A DNA stretch of 64,000 bases from an uncultured Lachnospiraceae bacterium (GTDB lineage: Bacteria; Bacillota; Clostridia; Lachnospirales; Lachnospiraceae): assembly GCA_964450185.1 (NCBI GenBank), contig CAYVCL010000002.1:8482-72481 (forward strand), read 5' to 3'. The position numbers and the translations under genes are program-made. The notes beneath the pieces were generated by a model. The model made no database searches and was not told the DNA's origin. It was given only the letters and a program-made list of their open reading frames with translations. This document shows, piece after piece, positions 1-9,231 of this stretch. The stretch's first letter is position 1; each line of letters starts with the position of its first letter.

Positions 1-4
1 GGAC

Positions 5-56
5 TAAAAATAACCGTAAGTGTAACCGTCAGAAATTTGACAGTACACTTACGGTT
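5..56 (-). terminator. Rho-independent terminator of the hsd operon
   Basis: Perfect 13-bp inverted repeat AACCGTAAGTGTA (12-24) / TACACTTACGGTT (44-56) begins 5 nt after the hsdR stop. On the minus strand it is followed by a T-run (A-run 6-10 on plus). Confidence 0.75.
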
Positions 57-60
57 CATT

Positions 61-3000
61 TTATCGTTGTTGCAATTCTTTAAAAAGCACTTCTGCCATA
101 GCAGTCATAATGTTCATATACTTTTGAGTGTCTGTAAACATTGATTTGTACGTTTCATTACTTTCCTTAAATGCTCTTCGTGCTGTATCCCCAAAAATTT
201 TAGGGAAGATAGATTGCATAAACATTTGCTCTGTATCCTGCTTTGCAGATTTTGCAAGCTGTTTATCATCTTCAAGCATCTTCTGTAAATTACCAATAAT
301 AATACGGTCAGATTCCGTTATTTCTCCTGCATAAGCCTCGTTAAACTTTTCAATAATCTCATCAAACGGAGTCTTAACTTCCTTCATGCTACCCGTTTTC
401 TTTTCCTTTGCGGGTTCATATTGTCCAGACGTATTTTTATCCAGTTCAATAGAACCAGAGAAAGTATGCTGTAATTTATAATACTCAAGACGCACCTTAT
501 TCCCTAAATCCCACTTGTCCTTCTTATCTGGGGGAAGCAGAGCCAACAAGTATCGGCATAGTGTAAATTCTTCATGCATCTCTCTATCAAAGGTACGGAT
601 AATTTGGCTGAGGTAATTATACCACCGTACAAACGAACGGACATTCCTTCGAAATTCATATCTTTGTTGTTCGTCCAGTTTATTATATTCTTCTGCCACT
701 GGAAGCAACGCATTAGATATTTTAGCTTGGACAGCTTCACTCTTTTTATTTTTCGGGTCAATGTAAATAGCGGCTACTCTCTGAATATCTTCATCTCCAT
801 AAACTTTGAATTCACGAAGGGTTCTTTGCGTTTTGTATATTAAATCAACATTAACTTCTCCCTCCAGACTCGTTTCCGTATAGAATGGTTGGAATGCTTC
901 TAAGATTTCTTCCTTTGTATTAACAAAATCCAAAATATAGGTATCATTTTTATCTGGGTGAGTACGATTCAATCTACTTAATGTCTGAACAGCTTTAATA
1001 CTTTTTAATTTCTTATCTACAATCATTGTATGTAGAAGTGGCTCATCAAAACCTGTCTGATATTTTTCCGCAACTATAAGAACATCTCCCTGTTCATGGA
1101 ATACTGCCTTTGTTTGAGCCTCCGATACATGATTACCTACCCTATCAATATTCATACCGCTTTCAGAGTATTCCGGGCTATTTGGGTCATCCGGATCTTT
1201 TACAATTCCAGAAAAAGCAATCATCACTTCAAGGTCTTGATATTCTTTTTCTTTTATATATTTCTGCACTTCATGAAAATATCTAACCGCTGCAAGTCTC
1301 GATGATGTGACCACCATCATCTTTCCCTTTCCGTTTATAGCTTTACTTGTCACTTCTCGGAATGTCTCAACAATAATCGCAGACTTCTGTTGGATATTAT
1401 ACGGATGCAGTTCTGCATATCTTCTAATTAATTTTGCAGCCTGCGACTGCGGAACATCAGGGTTTTCTTCCGTATTATTGACAATTTTATAACAGGTCTT
1501 ATAAGTAGTATAGTTGGCAAGTACATCCATAATAAAACCTTCTTCTATTGCCTGCCTCATGCTATAAACATGAAATGGATGATATGTTCCGTCAGCCCAT
1601 TCTTCTCCAAACATTTCAAAGGTTGTCTCTTTCGGAGTAGCTGTAAATGCAAAAAAACTCAAATTCTTATGCCTTCCTGCTGTAACCATCTCTCGAACAA
1701 ATCTGTCAGCCTTATCGTCATAATCATCTACTTCATCACCTTCAAATTCTGAGGTACCAACAATATCTTTAAATTCCCTTTCATCTTCTTCAGTCATTTC
1801 GGGATGAAGTTCTTTATACTCAGCAAGTGCTTCTGAAACATCTGCAAGTCCTGCCTTAAGTTTTAATGCACTTTGACCTGTCTGACTAGAGTGTGCCTCA
1901 TCTACGATAATAGCATAGTTTTTTCCCGTAGTATTACCAATCAACTCATAGATTACAGGGAACTTCTGCAAGGTTGAAATAATAATTCTTTTTCCATCTT
2001 CGATTGCATTTAAAAGGTCTTTTGACCTTTTTCTATCATCAATACAAACAACACTTCCCAACGTATGGTCAAATCCAGCAATAGTAGCCTGTAACTGTGA
2101 ATCAAGAACTTTTCTATCAGTTACAATTATAACTGAATTGAAGACAGGCTGATTGTCCCTATGAAGACTTGCTAATCTGTACGACAACCATGCAATACTA
2201 TTGGATTTACCAGACCCGGCACTATGCTGTATAAGATAACTCTCTCCTGGTCCCTTCTCCTCAACATCCTTAATTATTTTTCTTACAACATCTAACTGAT
2301 GGTAACGAGGAAAGATAATTGCTTCTTTAGTTGTTAATGTCTGTGTACCATCAAGATTCTTCTTAACCTCTTTAGTCTTCTGGTAACTAATGAATTTCTG
2401 AAGAATATCCATCAACTTATCTTTCTGCCATATTTCTTCCCATAGATATGAAACTACATATCTTCCGTCCTCTGTAGGCGGGTTACCTGCACCTCCATCA
2501 TTTCCGGCACCATTTGACCCTTGGTTGAACGGCAAAAATCTTGTATTGTATCCATCAAGTTTTGTGGTCATCATTGCCTTATACAAATCAACAGCAAAGA
2601 ATACCAACACACGATGATTAAATGAAAAAGCTGCCTCTCTTTTATCACGATTGGTCATCCATTGCTCCATTGCATTATCAATGCTCTGACCTGTAAGCTG
2701 ATTTTTTAGTTCAATAGCCACAAGTGGAATACCATTGATGGCAAGCATCATGTCAACACTATTACTATTCGAAGTGCTGTAATGCCATTGGCGAACACAC
2801 TGACATATATTCTGTGCGTATCTTGTATTTGCAAGCTGATTTAACTCTGATTCTGGTTTAAAGTAGCAAACCTTGAATTCCAAACCACGGTGCTTAAATC
2901 CATGGCGAAGAACATTAACCATACCATCCATCTGCACAGCATTCTCAAAAGCCTGCAAGAACTTCATCTTTGGATCCACACCATCTTTGCATCTTTTTAC

Positions 3001-3171
3001 AAATTGAGTCCAAGCCAATTGCTGTGTGTTTTCAACAAATCTGCAAAGAGTGTCAATGTCAACTGCATCAGCATTTCTGAATCCCTGGTCAGATGCTTTA
3101 GTCCATCCACCTTCAGATGATATAAGATATTCTTCTATTTTACTTTCGAATAACTTTTCATTTTCTTCCAA
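61..3171 (-). CDS. hsdR: Type I restriction enzyme, R (endonuclease/translocase) subunit
   Basis: 1036-aa ORF. It has an N-terminal nuclease-type motif ([10 protein letters not shown]), SF2 helicase Walker A (SAGSGKSNS) and a DEAH box (IVDEAHSSQ). It is the last gene of an M-S-R operon. Apparent TTG start 3 nt after the hsdS stop, with AAGGTGG upstream. Confidence 0.95.
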   Translation of the reverse strand: MEENEKLFESKIEEYLISSEGGWTKASDQGFRNADAVDIDTLCRFVENTQQLAWTQFVKRCKDGVDPKMKFLQAFENAVQMDGMVNVLRHGFKHRGLEFKVCYFKPESELNQLANTRYAQNICQCVRQWHYSTSNSNSVDMMLAINGIPLVAIELKNQLTGQSIDNAMEQWMTNRDKREAAFSFNHRVLVFFAVDLYKAMMTTKLDGYNTRFLPFNQGSNGAGNDGGAGNPPTEDGRYVVSYLWEEIWQKDKLMDILQKFISYQKTKEVKKNLDGTQTLTTKEAIIFPRYHQLDVVRKIIKDVEEKGPGESYLIQHSAGSGKSNSIAWLSYRLASLHRDNQPVFNSVIIVTDRKVLDSQLQATIAGFDHTLGSVVCIDDRKRSKDLLNAIEDGKRIIISTLQKFPVIYELIGNTTGKNYAIIVDEAHSSQTGQSALKLKAGLADVSEALAEYKELHPEMTEEDEREFKDIVGTSEFEGDEVDDYDDKADRFVREMVTAGRHKNLSFFAFTATPKETTFEMFGEEWADGTYHPFHVYSMRQAIEEGFIMDVLANYTTYKTCYKIVNNTEENPDVPQSQAAKLIRRYAELHPYNIQQKSAIIVETFREVTSKAINGKGKMMVVTSSRLAAVRYFHEVQKYIKEKEYQDLEVMIAFSGIVKDPDDPNSPEYSESGMNIDRVGNHVSEAQTKAVFHEQGDVLIVAEKYQTGFDEPLLHTMIVDKKLKSIKAVQTLSRLNRTHPDKNDTYILDFVNTKEEILEAFQPFYTETSLEGEVNVDLIYKTQRTLREFKVYGDEDIQRVAAIYIDPKNKKSEAVQAKISNALLPVAEEYNKLDEQQRYEFRRNVRSFVRWYNYLSQIIRTFDREMHEEFTLCRYLLALLPPDKKDKWDLGNKVRLEYYKLQHTFSGSIELDKNTSGQYEPAKEKKTGSMKEVKTPFDEIIEKFNEAYAGEITESDRIIIGNLQKMLEDDKQLAKSAKQDTEQMFMQSIFPKIFGDTARRAFKESNETYKSMFTDTQKYMNIMTAMAEVLFKELQQR

Positions 3172-3174
3172 GGA

Positions 3175-4446
3175 TTACACCACCTTTCTCTTTCCAGTAA
3201 TTACCTCATAGATAAGCGACTTTTTATATTTTTCCATTTCTTGTACTATTAAATCTTTTTCTTGAATTAATTTATCAATCTCTGTTATCTTCTCAACAAC
3301 ATATTTAACTATATCATTCTGCTCGTTTTCTTTAGGAATAGCACAATAAATTGAAAATAAATCTTTTGTATATAATCTAGTAAGTCCTTCTCCGACACCC
3401 GATGACTTCTTTTTAAACTCACCTATATACTGAGGCGTTTTAAATAACAACTCTAGAAACTTCATATTTGCTCTTCCAGTTGAATAATAAACTGCATAAT
3501 CGGGACTTACCAACCCTTCATACTCCGAAACAGCAAACACACCTAAATGCGCCTTTAATTTGTTAAACACCAAATCACCTTTATGGACAATTTTAGCACC
3601 CACAAAGGATGAAGCCATATTCGGAATACTATCCATTTCCTTTGTAGGAATCAAACCGTATTTCTGGCTCATTGATAAAGGTTCTTCTGTTCCGTCTATA
3701 GAGCGTTCTTTTCTTTCATCTAACAACCATTTAATTTTTATTTCATCCCAATGGACGGGTCTTTCACCAATCCAACGATAACTAGAAACTTCCATTTTCG
3801 CATCATCACAAATTCCTCTTGTTACAGCTTGAGTGATTACAGCTTGGCGAAGTTTCTTATATTCAGCTATTGACGATTTTGTTTCACTGATAACACAATC
3901 CATTTCATGACATTTTTTATCAAGATAATCGGCTATCAATTCTTGAACTCTTTTATCTTTAGGATAAACAAATTTTAATGTTCTTAAGGTTGAAACGCTG
4001 ACACCTCCAATTAATCCAGAAAGATTCTTAGAAAACTCTTCCTCGAAATTAGGAGAGCATAAAAAGTAAAACAAAAATCTGCCATCTATCTCCTTGGGCG
4101 AAAAGCAACAAAGCTTATTAACAAAGGCAACCTTTCTATCTAACAAAGTTTTCTTTTTGCCCGCACTTCCACCCTCGATACACATCAATGTACTTTGGGC
4201 ATCTGCCGTCTTAAAGCTAGAATCACTATTTTTAATATACAATCCGTTCTCATAATTTGCTGTATATATAACTGCCTCGATATCCTTTGTTGCGATATAT
4301 GGGATTGCATCTTCTGAATCCATATACTTTTTCTTATCATCATCCTTTATGCTGTTACCCGTATATAAATCTGCAACATCCTTTATTCGACATACAATCC
4401 AATCGTCTGGAATTTCTCCAATCCAAGGTATCTTACTATCCTTCAT
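3175..4446 (-). CDS. hsdS: Type I R-M specificity subunit
   Basis: 423-aa ORF between hsdM and hsdR. Two variable halves are each followed by a conserved coiled-coil-like segment (…VQELIADYLDKKCHEMDCVISETKSSIAEYKKLRQAVITQAVTRG… and …QNDIVKYVVEKITEIDKLIQEKDLIVQEMEKYKKSLIYEVITGK…). Its ATG overlaps the hsdM TAA (TAATG). Confidence 0.85.
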   Translation of the reverse strand: MKDSKIPWIGEIPDDWIVCRIKDVADLYTGNSIKDDDKKKYMDSEDAIPYIATKDIEAVIYTANYENGLYIKNSDSSFKTADAQSTLMCIEGGSAGKKKTLLDRKVAFVNKLCCFSPKEIDGRFLFYFLCSPNFEEEFSKNLSGLIGGVSVSTLRTLKFVYPKDKRVQELIADYLDKKCHEMDCVISETKSSIAEYKKLRQAVITQAVTRGICDDAKMEVSSYRWIGERPVHWDEIKIKWLLDERKERSIDGTEEPLSMSQKYGLIPTKEMDSIPNMASSFVGAKIVHKGDLVFNKLKAHLGVFAVSEYEGLVSPDYAVYYSTGRANMKFLELLFKTPQYIGEFKKKSSGVGEGLTRLYTKDLFSIYCAIPKENEQNDIVKYVVEKITEIDKLIQEKDLIVQEMEKYKKSLIYEVITGKRKVV

Positions 4447-6254
4447 TATCTAACCTCCTTTAGCAGACCAGCTAATGAACTTGATATTCTCTCCTCTAAC
4501 AGACTAATTCTTTCCAAAATAGTTTCTGCAGGTTCAACTGGAGTGTATTCATAAAAGAACTGTTTCATATTAATCTCATAGCCAACAGTATTCTTTTTCT
4601 CATCTACCCAAGCCTCTGAATTAAATGGAAGAACTTCATTCTTCATATAATCTGATATTTCTTCAGTTAGACTCACTTTTTCAACATCTCGTAAACTAGT
4701 ATCAGCTACCTTCTTACCTTTTTTCAGAATAACCGCTCCATTTTCATCTCTTTGTGGCGTTTCCACGGTTATCTTTGTATATCCTAAACTTACTCCTTGT
4801 ACAACTGATGCTTTACACAGAACCTCCTCACCTGACTCAAGCGTGTCCGAATAACTGCCATCTGCATATTCACCATATGCCTTTACAATTAAATTTCTAC
4901 ATTTCTCTGTAATATCTTTTCTTTTATTTCCGATTGGCTTAAATCTGGATTCGCCACACATACTAGCATCAATCAACAAGATATTTCCTGGGTTTCTAAG
5001 TGGCTTTTCTTTGTCAATTATCCAAATATAGGTCGCAATTCCTGTATTGTAAAAACTATCATTTGGCAACTGCACAATAGCATCTAGCCAATCATTCTCT
5101 ATAATATATTTACGAATTTCGCTTGGGCCAGACCCAGCATCTCCGGTCGAAAGCGAAGAACCATTTTGGATAATCGCCATCTTACCCTTACCCGGTTTTA
5201 ATTTCTTAATACCATTTAACATAAACAACATTTGACCATCACTCTTTGACGGTAAACCCGGTGCAAATCTTCCAGCCTCTCCCTTTTTATACTCCATCTC
5301 AACAACTGGAGCTTCTCTCTTCCAATCAATACCGAAAGGAGGATTTGAAATTACAAAATCAAACTCAAACCCTGTAAATTGGTCTTCTGAAAGAGTATCA
5401 CCAAACTTCATATTGTCTGGGTCACCGCCATGAATGATAGTATCGGCCATAGCAATACCCATTGTAAACGGATTAATCTCCTGCCCAAAAGTAGTAACAT
5501 TAGCTTTTGCATCCAGTTGCTTAAGTCTTTCTTCCATGCAAGTAAGCATCTGACTTGTACCCATAGTCATATCATATACAGTACAATGCATTCCATCATC
5601 ATCCATATCAAGGTCATAATTTGTAACCAGCAAATCACACATCAAATAAATAATATCTCGACTTGTAAAATGGGCTCCTGCTTCCTGATCAAAAGACTCC
5701 GAAAATCTTTGTACTAGGTTTTCAAAAATGTAACCCATATCAACAGATGAATATTTACTCATATCCATATTTTTCGCATTGAAATCTGATACAATCTGAT
5801 ATAGAACCTTAGCTTCATTCATACGGTCAATCTGTCCATAGAATCCCATACGAGATAAAATATCTTTTACATTGTCCGAAAATCCATTTACATATACCAA
5901 AAAATTCTCGGCTATATTTTCTGGCTCTGCAATCAATAGGTCAAAATTATATTTACTAGTATTATAAAATTGGTATCCGGCAGCCTCTTTCAAAAACTCT
6001 GCAGCCATAGGACCAAAGTCCTTATACTGCTCATATGCCTCTTCTACTTCTTCACGCCTTGTTTTCTCATGTCCTTCTTTTTTTGTCTCAAGACAATCAT
6101 GAAATCTCTTAATTACACACATTGGCAAAATTACTAATCCATATTCATGTGGGCCATATGCACCAAATAAAGAATTAGCTGCGTTCCATATAAGGTTTGC
6201 ATTTTCCTGTGCCCTTCTTGTTACCTCATTAATCTTATCTTCGCTTACGCTCAT
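4446..6254 (-). CDS. hsdM: Type I R-M N6-adenine DNA methyltransferase subunit
   Basis: 602-aa ORF with catalytic motif IV NPPF (VISNPPFGIDWK) and a SAM-binding motif I-like VYDMTMGTSQML. ATG at 6254 is preceded by GGAGG, which lies inside the 3' end of the upstream ORF. Confidence 0.95.
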   Translation of the reverse strand: MSVSEDKINEVTRRAQENANLIWNAANSLFGAYGPHEYGLVILPMCVIKRFHDCLETKKEGHEKTRREEVEEAYEQYKDFGPMAAEFLKEAAGYQFYNTSKYNFDLLIAEPENIAENFLVYVNGFSDNVKDILSRMGFYGQIDRMNEAKVLYQIVSDFNAKNMDMSKYSSVDMGYIFENLVQRFSESFDQEAGAHFTSRDIIYLMCDLLVTNYDLDMDDDGMHCTVYDMTMGTSQMLTCMEERLKQLDAKANVTTFGQEINPFTMGIAMADTIIHGGDPDNMKFGDTLSEDQFTGFEFDFVISNPPFGIDWKREAPVVEMEYKKGEAGRFAPGLPSKSDGQMLFMLNGIKKLKPGKGKMAIIQNGSSLSTGDAGSGPSEIRKYIIENDWLDAIVQLPNDSFYNTGIATYIWIIDKEKPLRNPGNILLIDASMCGESRFKPIGNKRKDITEKCRNLIVKAYGEYADGSYSDTLESGEEVLCKASVVQGVSLGYTKITVETPQRDENGAVILKKGKKVADTSLRDVEKVSLTEEISDYMKNEVLPFNSEAWVDEKKNTVGYEINMKQFFYEYTPVEPAETILERISLLEERISSSLAGLLKEVR

Positions 6255-7560
6255 GTTTCTTTAAACCTCCTTCGGTTATCATATCATCTAATATGTCCAA
6301 TAAATCGTCCACCGGGATACCATGCCACGGTGTTTTATTATCAAATTCCTTAAAATCCGAGTACAGCAACCTTGCCCTGAAAACATCATCCGTGCATTGT
6401 GCAAAATACTGTTCGATTTTTTCATTTAACTCATAAAGTTTTTCGTATCGGCTGCCTGATATATCATTTCTTCTTTTATAATAATTTACAATCTCTGACC
6501 AATATGAATCCAAGTAAAAAAGAGTCATGGCAAATGTTGTTCTGTCATCTTCTGACAAATCTTCCATCCACGGTTTGACTTCAAAAATATCTCTGTGGTC
6601 TTGCAATAAAGTATATAATTCTGCGTATTTCTGAAACGCAGACCATAAAACCCTATCTTTTCTTCTTATGCTATATACTTTAGCTGCATCTTCCTCTACA
6701 AGGTCAGCACCTTTACTTCGAAGATTTCGCCTAACTTCTTTTGAATAATTTTTTGCCCTTTCAAATACACAAGCATCATATTCATCAAGTAGAATCTGCT
6801 TGATGGCATCTGTATCCACCAATATCTTATCCGGCTTTACAACTTCTTTTAATGCTTCATACACAACCGGGTTACCATCAATTATAACGGCTGCCAAATA
6901 TTCAGGCTCAATCTTACTAAAGAACTCTTTTATTGCTGATGCACTTATATAAGGAAAAACTTCTATGACAGCAAGCGTTCTGTTGTCCAGCTCGCATATG
7001 ACGGTGTATGATTTATGATAGGCTTCATAGGTATAGATGAGAATGCCTTGTGGTGTAACAAACTTCCTCGCATCATCTTTATCCCTTACCCATCTCTTCA
7101 CGAGTTTAGACATTGCAGGTTTGCTTATTAAATCTTCTTTACGACCATCAACAATATAATCGGCCATATCCTCTCTTGTCTTATCAATCGATTCATACAT
7201 AAGATGACGGAGAACTTCATCCTCATACCTTTTAGTCGTTTTAGAATTTTCTTTTACAAACTCGACAGGCTTTTGAAATACAGCACCACACTCTGGATCC
7301 AGACATCTGTATTTATAAAAGTAATAATGCAGCCTAGCAAATTGTTTAAAGCCATCTACTGAAACCACATCTATCAATGTCCTATTAAACCGACCATGAT
7401 TCTCAACGGGGCCTCCACACTCTGCACAAGTCGGCATGGAAGTCTCTGGACTCATGGCTTTTATATCATGTTCATCTCCACCGATAGCAGTTAATCCCGG
7501 CATATCCAAAAGCTCTGTTAATGCCTTATCTTTCTTTTTTAATTTACGAGGTTTAGCCAT
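6235..7560 (-). CDS. ISL3-transposase-like protein, probably catalytically degenerate, first gene of the hsd operon
   Basis: N-terminal paired zinc fingers as in ISL3 transposases (CAECGGPVENHG … YKYRCLDPECGAVF). The C-terminal blocks can be aligned by eye to the ISL3 DDE core (VIIDGNPVVY, ILVDTDAIKQ, SRYEKLYELNEKI, SYWSEIVNYY). The first-Asp position reads IYTYEAY. Start chosen at ATG 7560 (GGAGG 6 nt upstream) rather than the GTG at 7581. It overlaps hsdM by 20 nt, and no terminal inverted repeats were seen. Confidence 0.55.
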   Translation of the reverse strand: MAKPRKLKKKDKALTELLDMPGLTAIGGDEHDIKAMSPETSMPTCAECGGPVENHGRFNRTLIDVVSVDGFKQFARLHYYFYKYRCLDPECGAVFQKPVEFVKENSKTTKRYEDEVLRHLMYESIDKTREDMADYIVDGRKEDLISKPAMSKLVKRWVRDKDDARKFVTPQGILIYTYEAYHKSYTVICELDNRTLAVIEVFPYISASAIKEFFSKIEPEYLAAVIIDGNPVVYEALKEVVKPDKILVDTDAIKQILLDEYDACVFERAKNYSKEVRRNLRSKGADLVEEDAAKVYSIRRKDRVLWSAFQKYAELYTLLQDHRDIFEVKPWMEDLSEDDRTTFAMTLFYLDSYWSEIVNYYKRRNDISGSRYEKLYELNEKIEQYFAQCTDDVFRARLLYSDFKEFDNKTPWHGIPVDDLLDILDDMITEGGLKKHERKRR

Positions 7561-7574
7561 ATCTACCTCCAATG

Positions 7575-7745
7575 CACCCACTATCGTTACATTTTACAGT
7601 ATAGCACATCAGCCTCAATTTTCACACCACCAAGTTAACATTTTTTCTAATGAATGTATCACCAACTTCCATTTTACCCACCACTAAGTTAACAAACAGA
7701 AAAATGGTGGATATTATTTTTCAAATACCCACCACTAAGTTAACA
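7575..7745. repeat. Phased direct repeats (consensus TACCCACCACTAAGTTAACA) in the divergent control region
   Basis: There are two identical 20-mers TACCCACCACTAAGTTAACA at 7675-7694 and 7726-7745. A close variant TTCACACCACCAAGTTAACA lies at 7621-7640, and a degenerate copy CACCCACTATCGTTACA at 7575-7591. Spacing is about 47, 54 and 51 bp. Each full copy contains the palindrome GTTAAC. Confidence 0.8.
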
Positions 7746-7764
7746 TTCTAAAATATAAGCTCCA

Positions 7765-7792
7765 TTGTAAATGCCGATGTATATGGTAGAAT
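7765..7792 (+). promoter_or_regulatory. Sigma-A-type promoter for the 52-aa ORF
   Basis: TTGTAA (7765-7770), a 16-nt spacer, then TGgTAGAAT (extended -10; TAGAAT at 7787-7792). It sits about 115 nt upstream of the ATG at 7907. Confidence 0.6.
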
Positions 7793-7906
7793 GAGGGTAC
7801 CGAAAGGGATACAGAAGAAAGTACATCTTCTTCTCCCCCATTATTACATTAGCATTTTAGATGTACCATAAACAGGACTCATAACAAAGGAAAGGAGAAA
7901 TTGCCT

Positions 7907-8065
7907 ATGGAGTACACCCCTATGAAGGATTTAAACAAGCATCGCACTTGCGACCGCAGTGCTGATAAGAAAGTAGTCACCATAGTAAGAGGTGACTGCA
8001 AAACAATTATTACTGCCAATCCAGACGGAACTCTTAATGTAGAGTTTGAAATGATTGCAGCCTAA
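7907..8065 (+). CDS. Small hypothetical protein (52 aa), not in the supplied ORF track
   Basis: ATG at 7907 is preceded by AAAGGAGAAA at 7891-7900. Translation: MEYTPMKDLNKHRTCDRSADKKVVTIVRGDCKTIITANPDGTLNVEFEMIAA. TAA at 8063-8065. It has its own promoter and a downstream terminator. Confidence 0.55.
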   Translation: MEYTPMKDLNKHRTCDRSADKKVVTIVRGDCKTIITANPDGTLNVEFEMIAA

Positions 8066-8103
8066 AACTTAATCTCAAGCTGGTATATCCGCCTGAACGC
8101 TTT

Positions 8104-8174
8104 GACGGCCGTGCGGAACCCTATTATGTCCTAGCCTCACTAGGATTACGGGTTCTTCATAGCCGTCTTTTTTT
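8104..8174 (+). terminator. Long three-segment hairpin plus T7 run (terminator of the small ORF)
   Basis: Nested stems GACGGC/GCCGTC (8104-8109 / 8162-8167), GAACCC/GGGTTC (8116-8121 / 8150-8155) and TCCTAG/CTAGGA (8129-8134 / 8140-8145), followed by TTTTTTT (8168-8174). Confidence 0.7.
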
Positions 8175-8817
8175 AATTAAACGGCAAATCATTCTCTGGG
8201 AATATTGTGAAATTACTTTCTTCCATAATTTTCACATTCCCCTCACGAATATCTTTTGCCAGTTTACTAATGGTTTCATTGGAATTTTGCTCCGGCATAT
8301 TCTGCTTGTAAATTGTGTCAACCTTTTCACTCCATTGAAGAAGAGGCGTGTTTGAAAAGGCTTTATATGTTTTATCCTTCCACAGACCAGCAATATCAGC
8401 ATTATCTCCGGACAATTTATCCATACCTTCCAAAAGGAACAGAAGGATTTTATCTTGTACCAATAGCATACCAGGATCAGATTCATTTCCATAGCTGTTA
8501 TAGTCATAACCCATCTGTATTGTTCCATTCTCATACAGTTTGTCAATAACAGCCATCACATCAGAATATGTAAGGTTGCTCACATCAAGATTAGATGTAT
8601 GTTCTTTCTGTTCAGACAAGCCAAGGAGCCAATCTACAGAAACATGATATGCCTTTGCAATTTCTATCAAAGTTGCTGCTGAAGGTGGTGTACCTTTTAG
8701 CATTTTGCTGACATTCGCCTGTGACATTTTAATCTTTTTACCGAATGCATCCTGAGTGTCATTACCTTTCAACTCCAAAATGCGTTCAAGTGTTACATCC
8801 GCAGTGTTATCACTCAT
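8173..8817 (-). CDS. XRE/Cro-CI family HTH transcriptional regulator with an unknown C-terminal domain
   Basis: 214 aa. The N-terminal HTH_3-like segment reads FGKKIKMSQANVSKMLKGTPPSAATLIEIAKAYHVSVDWLLGLSE. It is divergent from the 9232 gene. Confidence 0.8.
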   Translation of the reverse strand: MSDNTADVTLERILELKGNDTQDAFGKKIKMSQANVSKMLKGTPPSAATLIEIAKAYHVSVDWLLGLSEQKEHTSNLDVSNLTYSDVMAVIDKLYENGTIQMGYDYNSYGNESDPGMLLVQDKILLFLLEGMDKLSGDNADIAGLWKDKTYKAFSNTPLLQWSEKVDTIYKQNMPEQNSNETISKLAKDIREGNVKIMEESNFTIFPENDLPFN

Positions 8818-9231
8818 AGCATAACCTCATTCATATTTCAATATTTTTATTCGTTTGATTATACAAATATTCTAACACGAATATTTCAAAGTGTACAGCA
8901 CTATTTTTAAGTACTTTCAGAATGCCAAATATATGAATAAGTCGTTGGATTATGCTATTACAGCTCCCTTACACTTATATCATAGGAATTTAATTCTTTT
9001 ATTTACATGTCCTGGAGCAAGACATTAAACTGCGCCACCCTCAAAGCTAACTAGGAGTCATGACCCAAAACCAATATGGTTACCTGCGAGGGCAATTGAA
9101 TATAGAACCGCTGGCTTTATTGGTTGTCAGCTTAACCAACACATAGGGCGAAGTCCTTGTATTGGCTGAGTTTTTGCACCCTTTTTTAGGTCAGCTTGCC
9201 ATAGGACTTCTCCCGGAAAGAGAGAAAAATT

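Noticed and set aside
114-3211. Many 60-150-aa ORFs in the supplied track lie inside or antisense to large genes. Examples are 114-296, 128-334, 504-761, 574-843 and 1096-1305, and there are analogous ones throughout the NRPS, comEC, PBP and transporter genes.
   Set aside because: They overlap long ORFs with clear family motifs and lack SD sequences. Their Leu/Ser/Phe/Ile-rich low-complexity translations are typical of shadow frames in AT-rich DNA.
6235-7745. Interpretation of the ISL3-like gene as an active insertion sequence interrupting the region upstream of hsdM.
   Set aside because: No terminal inverted repeats or target duplication are visible. The 3' end overlaps hsdM with a built-in hsdM SD. 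The first catalytic Asp position appears substituted.
9060-9146. A 28-aa plus-strand ORF (MTQNQYGYLRGQLNIEPLALLVVSLTNT) in the long leader upstream of the 9232 gene.
   Set aside because: The AGGAG lies only 2 nt from the ATG, which is too close for a functional SD. The region is better explained as structured leader RNA. Two shorter ORFs (8933 and 9007) also lack an RBS.
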